In this document: positions 50,065-62,014 of the stretch, piece after piece
How positions within the stretch are numbered: the first letter of the stretch is position 1
Layout of the letters: each line of letters starts with the position of its first letter
Assembly (NCBI GenBank): GCA_010015805.1
Contig: ML978131.1
Span: 62,001-126,000, forward strand
Source: Rhizodiscina lignyota
Lineage: Eukaryota
Reading direction: 5' to 3'
Length of the DNA stretch: 64,000 nucleotides
Made by a program: the position numbers and the translations under genes
Notes under the pieces: model-generated
Databases searched by the model: none
What the model was told of the DNA's origin: nothing
What the model saw: the letters and a program-made list of their open reading frames with translations, nothing else

Positions 50065-50407
50065 TTTTGACCGTTTGTCGAGGTTGAATTTCCTACAATG
50101 CTATGAGAAATAGTTCAAAGGCCAAGGACTACCGTATTATACCTAAATCGTGTCTTGAGGAGAGTGGCAGCCACAGAGATTGAGTTCGCAGTTGAGGGTG
50201 GGATTATTTTTATATTGATCGCTGAGAAGAGAAACCCTTCAAGAAGCAATAAAACTTGCAGAGTGACACAACATTCGAACAAAGCTCACATAAGTTACCT
50301 CCGAATTACCATAATGCTAGAATTCATGAATAATATTGAAATTTCGTGAAAGAACATAGTTTGTGATACATTTTAGAGGTATGTGAAGGCGTGGGATGGT
50401 AGTCGGT

Positions 50408-50427
50408 TAACCCTAACCCTAACCCTA
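50408..50427. repeat. Interstitial telomere-like repeat (TAACCC)3+TA
   Basis: TAACCCTAACCCTAACCCTA in the DOM34/NDUFAF3-like divergent promoter, followed by TATAAATA at 50430. Confidence 0.8.
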
Positions 50428-50591
50428 GCTATAAATAGATTAACAGATCAAACCTTCACCAGCAGCTACCATGAATGACGCTAACAGCTCTCGCACCTAC
50501 TTTACGTCTCCTCTTTTATCTCCAACTGAAGAGTTTTTAGTTGTCCAATTCGCCAGAACAGCAATTGCCCAGACAAGCTATTCTGTTTTGA

Positions 50592-51362
50592 ATGGTATCA
50601 ACCATGGGCCATCTTTCCGCTGTAGTTCACCGATCAACGGCTCTCACAAAAGGCTTCCGCCCTGCCAGATCCACACAATGTCTCAAATACCACTTCTCAC
50701 CGCACTCCTTCCAACATCCACACAGTCGAGCATACCACGTAACCCCATACCTTTACAATGCGGCTCCGAAACGCCCAACGCCGCCTCAAACGCCAATCCA
50801 CGAGCGGGCACCGCCCTCTAAAGAAGAGACCCAGACCGACTTCGCGACGATGGATATTATGCGGACGTTCACGGCGCCAGCTACAGCAATCGATAACACT
50901 TTAACCGAGGGCTTTGTGCTGAACAATGGGTACACAATTCGTGACGGGAGCGGAGTGCTGATCGTCGGGGGCGAGGCGTTTGGATGGAGACCTTGGATGG
51001 GAGGAGGGAAGGAGCAGCAGAAGTTGGTGAACAGCAAGGGCCAGTGGGACGTCGAGCAGGATTCTTGGGGGGTGCTGGACGTCGTGTGGCCAAAGCCTGG
51101 TATGTTCTTCGTCGAGATATTCTATAATTGGTGGTGCGCGAGATGCTAATGTAGACCCCTAGATCTCTTGATTGTGGGAACAGGACCATCTGTCAAGCCT
51201 ATTTCACCTGCGACGCGGAAGGCGATCAATGACCTCGGCATCCGCGTCGAAGTACAGGATACGCGCAATGCGGCGGCTCAGTTCAACCTTCTTGCGACAG
51301 AGCGCGGTGTGCAGCAGGTAGCTGCTGCGATGATACCGTTGGGGTGGACAGAGCCGCGATAA
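50592..51362 (+). CDS. Mth938-domain protein, NDUFAF3-like complex I assembly factor
   Basis: Mitochondrial-type presequence; WPKP/DLLIVGTG; VEVQDTRNAAAQFNLLATERG; one intron. Confidence 0.85.
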
Positions 51363-51567
51363 GACGGGGGTATAACTGGATTGATTCTCATCTCCTACGC
51401 ACTTCTTTCTACATACAACCACCTCTGCTCACACGCGCTCCTTCTATTCCTTCGACTCGTGTTTATCCTCCATATATCTCCTGGACAACTCCAAGCCTGC
51501 CGCATGGCCACATCAAGAATTTCAATAGACATTACGTACATATGGGAATTACGCTGCTTTCGATTAC

Positions 51568-52609
51568 CTACAGCGCAAACATGGCCGCAGCAGCCAACAC
51601 GACGACACCACCAGCGGCGCTGTAAACCGCTGCAGCGCCAGTCTCAGTGGGCGCGGCCAGGGCTGGGGCAGTGGTGCTCTCCGCGCTCGTTTGTGTTGCA
51701 AGCGCGGAAGTTGTCAGGATGGTGGTTTCCGTATGCTTTGGCAACTTTGCGGTGGTCGTCTTGAGGGTGTGGGGCTTGCTCAAGCTGTGCGTTGGACGTA
51801 CGATGGTGGTGTTGTGGGCAGGGAAGCCAGTTGAGGCGACGAAAGATGGCTTCAAACTGCTGCTGCTTGTGGTGGAGGTGGAAGTGGAGGTGGTGGAGGT
51901 GGTGCTACTGCTGCTACTGCTGCTGGTTGATGCGATATAGACGGAGCGCGTGGAGGTTAGGTTGATGCTCTCGGATTCGGAGCTGGAACTAGCAGAGGCG
52001 GATGCCCAGGAAGTGGTAGAGGCTGAGGTTGAAATGCTGCTGCTGCTGCTGCTGCCGGAGTATGAGGGGTTGCTGATGCCGAACTGCGTAGTGTATTGAT
52101 ATGCGCCTGTCTGGTCGCAGATGAGCTGGATGCCGTAGTGCGTGCTCTCGGGCGCGAGGTCGGTCGAGGGCGTCCAAGAGTAACTGCCGGTGTTGGGAGT
52201 ATTCTCAACGATGGGGTAAAGAGTCTGCATGTTGGTGGATGGGCCGTGGAGAAGGAGCAGGGTCACAGTGCCTGCAGTTGTGGGGTCCCAAGTGACTGTA
52301 TACGGACTGCCAGCGGGAACGGCCTCGTCAAGGCCGGGCTTGGCGATAGGATTGCCAGAGGGGGAAGCGCCTTGCTATTTAGAAAATGATGTTAGCGTCG
52401 TGGATCTGCGCAAGGACTGGAAAAGAGTGCGGTGGTGAGTCTTGCTGCAGTGGGTGGACTGAAAACTGTCGCGTGCTTGATCGATACACAACCATGGCAA
52501 GCAATCTGTGTAACATGGAATTCTTTCGACTTACAGGCTGAGTGTAGGCCTGCGCAAGAGTCGCAAGGCCGGCAGTGAAGAGCGCGAACCAGGAGAAGTC
52601 GTTGCCCAT
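51568..52609 (-). CDS. GPI-anchored Ser/Thr-rich cell-wall protein (Kre9/Knh1-like N-terminal domain)
   Basis: Signal peptide MGNDFSWFALFTAGLATLAQAYTQP, GNPIAKPGL, NTGSYSWTP, YQYTTQFGI, Ser/Thr tract, hydrophobic C-terminus. Confidence 0.88.
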
Positions 52610-54349
52610 CTTGACTGTTAATTGACGGATACTTTGCTGAGACGAGAAACGAACGTAACTGTAAACAAACGAGAGGACGCGGTTAAATAACACGCAGATA
52701 ATGAGTGACTGTACAGCAAAGGAGTGACTTGACGTGCAAGAGTGGGACGTAGTGCGAAGTGAAGAAAGAAAGGAAGCGGACGACAGCAGAAAGAAAAGGA
52801 TAAAGGCGCTTGCAGCCAGGGGCCAAAACACTCCGAGAAATGCTCTGTCTGCAAATAATGGCCTTGTTGCAACTGACCAACGGCGTGTCGCGGTGCTAAC
52901 CTCGTCTGTACGCCTCGCTACACAGAGCCAGCCCGAAAGAAGCGATAGCTGGCAGAATGTGCATTCTGGCGCAAGCTGGTGGTCTGCCGTCGAATCTGGG
53001 GAGGTCCCTGCCAAGCCACGCCTTGCTCGGAGCGGAAGAAGTCGCCGTCGCGGGCCAATGGGAGGGGCGCAGGGAATGAGGGCTGCTGCTTAGCGCTCGT
53101 ATTCCATCTCATTTCGCGACGTCGCGTGCGAGTAATACGCCCTGACCATCGCCAGCTTTCCTTCTTCCTCTCGTGAGAGCCTTCTCGTTTGCAATTTTAC
53201 GTGACGCACCAAGCACAATGCGATCCTCAAGCGGCGTGACCCGTCCCGCGCGTCAAGATGAAGGAGCTGAACGACCTGCCTAATGACCAAGGTTCGTATA
53301 CGGAGGAGGCAGCAGTATTGAATCCAAACTAAGAACTTCGATAACGGTGCTAGCAGTTAAACTTTTAGTTGCCACCTTTCTCGTCCTTCTCCGTGTACCC
53401 CATGGAACTCTCCAGCTTCGACTGATACGTCCCTGTGTTCACGAAACACACAGCGTCAACATGACGACCTTTGTAGTATGTTCCGCTCACGATGACCATG
53501 AGATGCCCCCCTGTTCTTGTCCGGTTTATTCCTTGGACCACGATTGCTATTTCGATACTGTTGGGACCTGACGTTGACTCCATACGAGATTGAGACTTCG
53601 CATTCAACGGTGTTCGTCTGCAGGTCTGCAAAGTTAGCCTGAGAGAAGAGGGTTTCTTTCATTTTACATGAGTCATCGTCTCCACAGCGTCTGTTGAGTC
53701 TCGTCAGTCAAAGGTGGCTTTCTTTGAAATTACATAGCCGTCAACCAGCAGTGGCCGAGCCTGATGGATTCCTGCTTGTTGGAGAGAACCGCACCTACCA
53801 CCAGCAATCCATCTAGACATAGCGGACAACCAATAGTCTAAAGGCAATTTGTTCTCAATGCTAGATCAACTACAATCCATTTACTAGGCCGGTCCTTTAG
53901 GAAATTCTAGGCTCACAACTATAGTTCTCCCCGCATCTAGGGAGGGGTTAGGTGCGCAGAACCACAGAACCCAACGGTCAAACCAAGTTCTGGGTGCGCC
54001 CCACCTCAAACTAGGTGACTTAAGCCCCCATAACTCGAGTGTTCTCTGGGACGTGGGTTAGGTCCCTCGAAATGTACTTTTTATATCTCAATCTTTCCAA
54101 TTAATGTTATTTCATTTCTAATATTCTAACTCTAATTTCTGATTGCAATTCGTGGCTGAATAAATAGTGAATTTTAGAATTTGTGTCCTGAATATAAATT
54201 TCATTCCCCGATTGATATCTCACACTCCTTTCCCTCCACCATCCACCACCAACTGTCAGAGCCATCCACCATCAACTGTTGGAGCCATCTACCACCCACT
54301 GGTAAAGTATGCGCCCATCTACCACCAGAGCCATCCGCTAACCACTCTC

Positions 54350-54559
54350 AGAACCATCACCACCACCAGAGCCATCACCACCACCAGAGCCATCACCACC
54401 ACCAGAACTATCACCACTACCAGATCCATCACCACCACCAGAACTATCACCACCACCAGAACTATCACCACCACCAGATCCATCACCACCAGATCCATCA
54501 CCACCAGATCCATCACCACCAGATCCATCACCACCAGATCCATCACCACCAGATCCATC
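54350..54559. repeat. Compound tandem repeat: 7 x 18 bp then 5 x 15 bp
   Basis: AGA(A/G/T)C(C/T)ATCACCAC(C/T)ACC units followed by AGATCCATCACCACC units; ends about 40 nt upstream of ATG 54602. Confidence 0.95.
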
Positions 54560-54601
54560 CACCATCATATCCATTCACGACCAAATTCACCACTAGACAC
54601 C

Positions 54602-57600
54602 ATGTTCGGCCTTCGCCACACGGTGACCTTCCTTTGCGCATTGCAGTCATCCGTCAATGCGGGAACTGTGCGACGGCAGATAAACCTTCCGCGCGGCGCG
54701 AAGTCTAGCAAGGCGCGTACCACTACCACTCTGCCATTGGATGTGGAAAAGCTGATCGCGGATATGAGAAGCCTGTTACCTCGCGACGGAACCCCAGCTT
54801 GGATCCACGAACCCGGCGGGTGGTGGTCCTGCTCTGTCGATGGAACAAAAATTGTAATCGGCGACACTCCGCTCGATGAATTTTTGCAGACTCTCGAACA
54901 AAATCACTGTGCACTTCCTGTAGGCTTCGACTCGAAAGGTCGCCTACAACCTCCTGGCCAATCCTATAATGCACCAAATGACGAGAAGAATCCGCTCAAT
55001 ACTTCGCATAATGGTACTGCTCTTACCGAAGCCGAATTCGATCAATTGATGGCCCGAATGGACGCGATAACAAGAGACGCCAAGAGATTCAAAATTCTCC
55101 GTCGGGAACTTGAGCTCGCCTATCCGGCTTTTGCGGGACTGTTTGACAACATCCCTGAAATACTGGAAGTCGACCGCGACATCATGAAGCGCGTGGTGCA
55201 AATCCCGGGGTTTGGCGAGTTTACGCGGTCAGTTGGCCATTTGACATCGGACACTGCTCAGAACCGATATATCCTGATAGAAGGTGCTCAGTATTTCGAT
55301 CAATGGGCCAATATGTCTGGTCGCGTGAGCACCGACACGCAGACGGATTTTATCACCACGCATCTGCCTTCCTCGGCCTCAAAGTGGAAATGCACCGGCG
55401 GCGTTGGTGGTTGCCCAGACCTGAACCTGTACCGCGATGTCGCTCCGCACTATCCAGACGACCCAGCCATGGCTAGAAAGGTGTTTGGTGTCCTTAAAGG
55501 CTTCCATCACCTTCACATTCAACAAGAGCTGTTGTTTTACGTCGCCGATACCATGGAGAAACACCTTCCTGGTGAATGTGCAAGCGCCGTCAGCTCATTC
55601 ATGGCATCAACTCGTCACACCAATGAATGGTGTAAGGTCCGCAAAGCCTTCCAACATTTAGGTACCGCACTAATTTCCCTGGCCGGTATTATTGCTATGC
55701 CTGTCACATTCGGGGCTTCAGCCGATGTCGTAACAACTGCAATCGCCGCGGACCTTGCCACCCTTTCAGAAGATCTCGGTCTTATTGCAGTTGAAGCGAC
55801 CACCGACGCTGCTTCAGCTATTGGGGAAGGAGGAGAGCTTTTCGCGGAAATGGGCGAAACTATCTACAGTGGTACCGCTGTCGCTGAAAAGGGAGCTGCT
55901 GCGCCTGAGGAAATCACTGCCTTGACCCGCTACCAAGGCGTAACTGCCAATCAACAAATTGGAAAATGGGCCCCGACATATCTCGTGAGGGAAGGTGACC
56001 AGGTCCTTGGGCTATATGGTCCGTTTGGAGAGCAGGAAGCGGTAACCGCCGGACTCGAGGAGTCCACCGTAGCCGGTCCACGTAGCTGGGTAGAATCTCT
56101 GGAGGGCCTCCCCCCTGCAAACGAACATCCGCTTTTTGCACGGAACATCTTTAGGGGTGAAGCCTGGCTACAAAATATGGATCAAGAACCGGAAATCCTT
56201 CAGGATGCTTTGGTCCAGGATGAATATCTTGACCAAATAGTCACCCAGGACGAGGCTAAGTTCATAGCTACGGCAAGCAGAAGAATCGACAATGTCAAGA
56301 ACTGGTTGGACCAATTGGACGATAGGTTTCACTTGGTTTTGGAAATCACACCCCGTATAGAGTTCCCGGAGCTGATCGATCGTCTGAAGAGACGGCGGGC
56401 CGAAGCGAATTCTTCGGTGGAGCACACAGCTGTTCCGTATCACTTCCAGTCTCGGATATTTGAGTCATTCAATCCAATCACCAACAGGAGTGATCTCGTA
56501 GCGGATGCGCAAGACGCGGAAATTCTCTTGGCCATTGCTGCAACATACGGCTGGAAACCGAAACAGATGTCCAAGCGCTCGATCCAAATCAACCATTCGG
56601 GCAATGATGAGATCATAGACGAGGTAAAATATGCGAGGCGGGCGACCAACAGTAAAACTACTGTTCAAAGCGCCGGGACCAAGCTCCTTATCTCTCGACG
56701 CGGTCAGATGTTTGATCGCCTGTACAGCAAAAAGGGTTGCACCGAGTCGTTCAAGGTCGATAAAGAGCAAGCTACGCAAGCATGCAAGGACGGCTTCAAG
56801 GACGCGACAGATGCGCTGAGGGAATCTGCGAGAGTCAAAGACGACCCGCAAGGATTGGCCAAGCAGATGATGGATCTCTTTGGAGGTCGGGATGCCGGGA
56901 AGAACGCTGCCGCCATCCAAATCTGGGCGTCACATCCTCGTGATCTGGAGAAGAAAGTCGAAGGTATCAACCTGTCGGCTATGACCTCAAAGTGCTGGGG
57001 CGATGGACAGTGCTATGTGATGTGTGTGCCCAAGGCACACGCGGAAAAGGGCCAGTTGGACTGCAGCTACGAAGGGACCTACTGTCCCCCAGAAAAACCT
57101 GACACCATCTGCCGGGTGCAGTGTTTTGATGCGCTCAATATCGATAACGATGAACTTCACGGAATAACAAAATTGAGCCAAGCGCCTTGGAATATGACCG
57201 TGCGGGACGTTGTCAAACACTCATGGAACTTGTACCAGAGTAAAGATCCAGCGCGCTTCACCCCCGGCACCGTCGCTTTTGACCTTTCGGATACCTCCAA
57301 CCCCATTGGGCCGCCTGCTCCCAACCTCGTCGTCTGCAACACTGAGCTTGTCCATCTCGAATATTTCAGCAAGGACGACGACCGCGTCATCCCGTGGAAT
57401 TGCGGCGACAGATACGGCAGCGAGACGCTAAGAGTGTGGAACGCGCTCAACTTCAAAATGATTCCCGACCGCCCCAAAAGCAAGCTCTTCAAGTTCCCGA
57501 AAGACGAGGCTCACCGCTTCTTCAAAGACAACCACGAAATAGCGGAATACACCATCAACATGTGCCGAGTCTACTTTGGCGGACTGTATCCGAACGGCAG

Positions 57601-57820
57601 GGAGAAGGACGCGAAGTACAACAACAATTACGATCGGGGTGTGAAGTTTTGCAAAGATGTTTTCGACACGATCAAGGTGTTGGACGAGGGGGACAGGCAG
57701 CATGCGACCTGCGACTACCTAAAGGCGCACGACGGTTTCGGAAGCTGCAATGGTCACATAAAAGACTTGCCTTGGTGCAATGCCATCAAGGACATCCGCA
57801 AAATGTGCAAGGATCTCTAA
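54602..57820 (+). CDS. Large intronless putatively secreted protein (1072 aa) of unknown function
   Basis: First ATG in the long frame is 54602 (MFGLRHTVTFLCALQSSVNAG, signal-like); internal hydrophobic segment LGTALISLAGIIAMPVTFGA; Cys-rich C-terminal third. Confidence 0.8.
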   Translation: MFGLRHTVTFLCALQSSVNAGTVRRQINLPRGAKSSKARTTTTLPLDVEKLIADMRSLLPRDGTPAWIHEPGGWWSCSVDGTKIVIGDTPLDEFLQTLEQNHCALPVGFDSKGRLQPPGQSYNAPNDEKNPLNTSHNGTALTEAEFDQLMARMDAITRDAKRFKILRRELELAYPAFAGLFDNIPEILEVDRDIMKRVVQIPGFGEFTRSVGHLTSDTAQNRYILIEGAQYFDQWANMSGRVSTDTQTDFITTHLPSSASKWKCTGGVGGCPDLNLYRDVAPHYPDDPAMARKVFGVLKGFHHLHIQQELLFYVADTMEKHLPGECASAVSSFMASTRHTNEWCKVRKAFQHLGTALISLAGIIAMPVTFGASADVVTTAIAADLATLSEDLGLIAVEATTDAASAIGEGGELFAEMGETIYSGTAVAEKGAAAPEEITALTRYQGVTANQQIGKWAPTYLVREGDQVLGLYGPFGEQEAVTAGLEESTVAGPRSWVESLEGLPPANEHPLFARNIFRGEAWLQNMDQEPEILQDALVQDEYLDQIVTQDEAKFIATASRRIDNVKNWLDQLDDRFHLVLEITPRIEFPELIDRLKRRRAEANSSVEHTAVPYHFQSRIFESFNPITNRSDLVADAQDAEILLAIAATYGWKPKQMSKRSIQINHSGNDEIIDEVKYARRATNSKTTVQSAGTKLLISRRGQMFDRLYSKKGCTESFKVDKEQATQACKDGFKDATDALRESARVKDDPQGLAKQMMDLFGGRDAGKNAAAIQIWASHPRDLEKKVEGINLSAMTSKCWGDGQCYVMCVPKAHAEKGQLDCSYEGTYCPPEKPDTICRVQCFDALNIDNDELHGITKLSQAPWNMTVRDVVKHSWNLYQSKDPARFTPGTVAFDLSDTSNPIGPPAPNLVVCNTELVHLEYFSKDDDRVIPWNCGDRYGSETLRVWNALNFKMIPDRPKSKLFKFPKDEAHRFFKDNHEIAEYTINMCRVYFGGLYPNGREKDAKYNNNYDRGVKFCKDVFDTIKVLDEGDRQHATCDYLKAHDGFGSCNGHIKDLPWCNAIKDIRKMCKDL

Positions 57821-57881
57821 TTTGAGTAGTTTGAGCGGTGGTACTTCAAGTAGTGTTGGTTTGACTGGTGTTTCGTTCGGG

Positions 57882-58030
57882 CAGTGTTTCCTTTTTGTCA
57901 GTGTTTCCTTTTTGTCAGTGTTTCCTTTTTGTCAGTGTTTCCTTTTGGGTAGTGCTTTCGCTTGGGTAGTGTTTCCTTTTGGCTAGTGTTTCCTTTGGGT
58001 AGTAGTGTTTTCGTTTGATAGTGTTTACTT
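57882..58030. repeat. 17-bp tandem repeat decaying distally
   Basis: CAGTGTTTCCTTTTTGT at 57882, 57899 and 57916, then degenerate AGTGTTT copies. Confidence 0.9.
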
Positions 58031-58959
58031 GGAGTTGTGGCGTTGGAGTTAGTTATTGCTTTCAGGATACTTAAATGGTTAATGGGTTAGACTAGCTAGT
58101 TAAATGTTATGTAGTAATACGTATCTTAGTGTCTAATATATAACGTGTTGCCGGTGCTGATCCAATTTCGAGTCAAAGTGCCACGTCTGAAGGTAACATA
58201 GCGCTATGAATGAGATACGGTCCATCGCAAAGCTAACATCCGCCTTGACAAGAAGGCATAGTTGATGAGCAGCACTTCACTTTCGAACAGCTTCCGCCTC
58301 GGATGAGAGGAAGATTTAACAACTTTCATAGTAGTCGCGATACTAATGTATTGTCCTCCTGGAAGAGCGTCGTCTATCCGCTCGAACTCCCACACAATTT
58401 GCATATCGCTCCACTACAAGAGCGCAACCCATTCGCCCGATTGTATGCAAGGACAGGATACCGCTTCAAGCGAAGAGTCATATCCGTCAGCAATGGCGGC
58501 AACAATGATAACAGGTGTTCTGTCGGAAGAAAGATCATCATTTCTTGTGCGAGATCACGACCTCAACGTGCGCTTCTGTCGGAAGAGCATTATGCTTCAG
58601 TTGCAGTGGACTTCATAGCATCGTATTATTTTATAGGAAGAGTGTTTTGCACCATGTGTTGTAGGTCGCCAGCTCAGGCATGCTTCCCTCAGGAGAATGT
58701 TTGCATCAAGCCTTGGTAGTTCCACGACTTGCGAATGCTCTCCTCGGAAGAATGCTTTACACCAGTCTGGGCGGCGGCGACAAGAACCACGTATTCATCC
58801 GTTGGAAGAACATTCTCTATCAATGATAACTGTCACACGAGCGTGGTGTACTCTCGTCGGAAGAGCGCTGGGGAAAACAATTCGAGCAGAATCACTGATC
58901 ACACATCTGATTCTTGTCAAGCGAGACCCAACGCCAGCCTCCACTTAGCAGAAGCCCGT

Positions 58960-59628
58960 TTAATCAATATGACCACCACTCCTCAACTCCGCCAAAATCT
59001 GCTCCAAGCGTTTTACCGGAGGAGCTTCGGCCGGCTTTCGCCCCTCTTGTGCAGTATGCACTGGAGGATCATCGAATGGCACCCAGTCATAAAGCCGACC
59101 TGGGACTGAAGCCCCATCAAGTGAAACATATTCGGCAAAGTCCATGTTCGCAATGGAAAGGTTCGCCAGCATCAAGTGGACCCCAAAGTATGGCACACGC
59201 GCGATGTTGAATTTCTTGAGCGGGCTCTCAGGATCTTCGGTCAGGCTGATGCCTTTCTGAGCGTCCCCATTGCCGGCATCATCGCCCTGCTCATCCTCCT
59301 CCTCATCGAATTGGTGGAATTTCTCGAAGAGTAGCACGCTCTTTTTCTGCACTGAATCGTCGTCGAGAACCAGGAGTAAACCGTCGTCCATGTCGAACTC
59401 GGTTAGTTTAGATTCCCACTGCAGGTACCAGGCTGCCACGTCCTCGAGGCTCCAGCCCGCGAACGGAGACACAAATTCTGTGACGGGGAGAGCTGTTTGC
59501 GTTGGTTGTGGATCCTCTGGATCAAACCGTTCTTTCTTGACCAATACATACTCTCCCTCTTCGTTGACGGCGGCGACGGTTGTGGGCGGCTGGGCAGGAT
59601 ATTCATAGTCTTGCATCGATGCAAGCAT
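58960..59628 (-). CDS. Hypothetical acidic fungal protein (may have an upstream exon)
   Basis: 222-aa ORF with globular-looking segments (SPFAGWSLEDV, LLVLDD, ANLSIANMDFAEY). Confidence 0.65.
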   Translation of the reverse strand: MLASMQDYEYPAQPPTTVAAVNEEGEYVLVKKERFDPEDPQPTQTALPVTEFVSPFAGWSLEDVAAWYLQWESKLTEFDMDDGLLLVLDDDSVQKKSVLLFEKFHQFDEEEDEQGDDAGNGDAQKGISLTEDPESPLKKFNIARVPYFGVHLMLANLSIANMDFAEYVSLDGASVPGRLYDWVPFDDPPVHTAQEGRKPAEAPPVKRLEQILAELRSGGHID

Positions 59629-60420
59629 AAGGTTGATATCCTGCAGTAAATATTAGACGACCCAAAATAGTGGAGTGTTCCAAAATTGTGCACACCTTAA
59701 GCGTTGCATTCTGACTAGTGACAATAATGGGGATAAACATGTTGAAGACAATGAGAGAAGCGATTGGGAAGGGGCTTGAAGCGAGGAAAAGGAAGCTCAG
59801 TGCATCAAACTGCGACAGGCGCTGCACGGTATTATATCATCTCTCATGACGGCCTTCGCCGGTCTTTTCTTGCAGGCGAGTTTGTGAATTTGCCTTTGCT
59901 GCCTCACTGCCTCTAGGCAGAAGGATCCTGCTGATGTCGATCGCTCGAGGATCTTTAACTTGCTGGAATTAGAAACCTTTTCCACCAAGCTTCAGCCTTA
60001 ACACTGTGGCATGGTCAGTGATCCCACTCGTCGAGCTTAAACAAGCTCAGTGGTCTATTTCGTCGAATGGAGTGGAGAAAATACGGGGAAGTGGGACACT
60101 TGGAGCGGGAACCTCCTAGTCAAGAGAACGCTGGCGCATGGCACTAACTAGGCACCATGTTTCATGTGATAAATAGGCGGGTGGAGAGAACTTTTTGATA
60201 ATTACGCACTCATTAGTCGACTACGACCAGATGCATATTCTCCGGTGGACCTCCGCTGAATTATGCCTCGACGTGCAAGCACCTCATCGGTTGAGAAGCT
60301 GCAAGCACCCTCCCTACCCAACCCGCAAGCGATGCTGGAAAATTCAAAATCCAAATTGATCGACTCCCATCCAAAATTTTAGCTGACCAAAGTAGTTACT
60401 CGAAGAGAATCGTACGCATT

Positions 60421-62014
60421 TTAGAGTATGAGCATTGCGCCCAATGCGACGATTACTGCCAACGCGCTTCCGCCAACTACTCTGCCTTCCTTGCCCTTCA
60501 ATGTGCCAGACGCGCCACTGCTGCCACTGCCTGAAGAGCCGCTGCCCTGGTCGAAGCCGTCGCTCCCACTAGAGCTTCCTGAGCTGGAGCCCGAATCGGA
60601 ACCGGAGCTGGAGCCAGAGCCGGATCCAGAAGAACCGCTTGAGCCAGAGCTTCCACTGCTAGAGGAGCCGGTGGACTGGCTTGATGCCGCAGATGCGCTC
60701 GCGTTCTCCGAGTCCTCTCCTCTGCCACCAGCGCCAACAACACCTGGAATAGTCTGTACGGTCGGAGTAGCCGACTCGCTGCTGCTCTGTGTCTTGCTGT
60801 GCGAGCTGCCCTTCGACGAAGAGGATGACGAGGAGGCATTGGGATCGAAGTTGGGGTTGTCACCGCTTGCGAGCAACGACTTCAGGACCACGACGTCGTC
60901 GACTATCTTGATCGTGTTGTTCGTACCAGATGCATCGGTGTATACGTAGCTCTTGCTGCCCGAGACCTGCGCTTCTGGAGGGGGGTCGTAGCACTGGACG
61001 TCCACTTCCTTGACCAGGGCGTAGTAGTAGCCGTCAGACATGTACGGCGAGTTCCACTCAATCTGTCCGCCTGACCAAGCGATGGTTCCTTCACCATCTG
61101 ACGGCAAGCCTGCGGGCCACAGCGAAAGCATGATCTTACTGGGTGTTTGAGGATAGTCAAAGCGGTTCGCGGTCGCGTTCCACGTGTCGGCGCGGTTTAG
61201 AGTACGCATGGGTTTGCCGTCTACGATCCAGGTGAGCTTGTCGGGTTGCCAGTCGACTGTGTATGTGTGGTCTTCGGATACAGTGTCTCCAGAAACGGTG
61301 AGATTGAGCTCGTTGTTATCTGTCAACAGTCAGTATTTACGTGTGGACTAATATGTCATAAAAGTGAGATGCGTACAGTTCGTCACACCCTGCGAGTAAA
61401 AGTTGCTCTGCGCGTGGTTGATATCAACACCGATAAACTCAAAGTCAATCTCGTCCTTGCAATCGCTCATAAGAATGAATGCCGTGACGACACCTGCTCC
61501 CTGACTGGTCCTAAGGGTCGCAGAGACCTTTCCGTACCAGACGTAATGTGTCGACTGTAGCAGCGTTCCTACGGTATCTTGCGCCATGGTTAGGAGGATT
61601 CCTTGATCTTGACCACTGGAGTATTTGGTTGGCTGGCCGCTCGACACCCAATTCGTGCTGCTGTAGTCTCCAAGGTACTGATCGATCGCCTGGACATCGT
61701 CCAATGAAGTGAGCTTGTAGTCTTCTGTCTTGCAGACCGCCGCTGGCACGCATGCTGAGAAGTCGTGTGAGAAGAGAGGATCGCAACCGCCTAGACAGTA
61801 TGCACCAGCACCACACTGGCCATATTCTATGAACGCACAAGTCAGTCTGAGCTCAAGAGAGATATCAAGTCTACTTACGCGAACAGCAAGGTGCAGATGC
61901 CGGGCAGGGACTTCCAGGTCCACAGGTTGGGATGCTGGGAGAGCTCGCGATCGTAGAGGTGATGGAAGATAGAACGACTGCTGCAAGAGCAGATGCTCTC
62001 GTAAAACGGCCCAT
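60421..62014 (-). CDS. GH16 CRH-family chitin transglycosylase (Utr2/Crh2-like) with N-terminal chitin-binding module and GPI tail
   Basis: CPASAPCCS/YGQCGAGAYCLGGC, DEIDFEFIG catalytic motif, HTYTVDW, PQTPS, Ser/Gly tract, hydrophobic C-terminus; ATG at 62014. Confidence 0.92.

Noticed and set aside
50408..50427. Telomerase RNA template or chromosome end
   Set aside because: It lies in a gap of about 530 bp between two genes, too small for a filamentous-fungal telomerase RNA, and has only about 3 repeats.
54181..54708. Poly-histidine metal-binding protein ORF
   Set aside because: No ATG start; a by-product of the 3n tandem repeat, overlapping the better-supported long ORF.
53800..58200. 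Transposon or Helitron boundaries around the large orphan gene
   Set aside because: No matching TIRs, LTRs, TSD or convincing hairpin-CTRR end found by eye; the GGGTTAG motifs are isolated.
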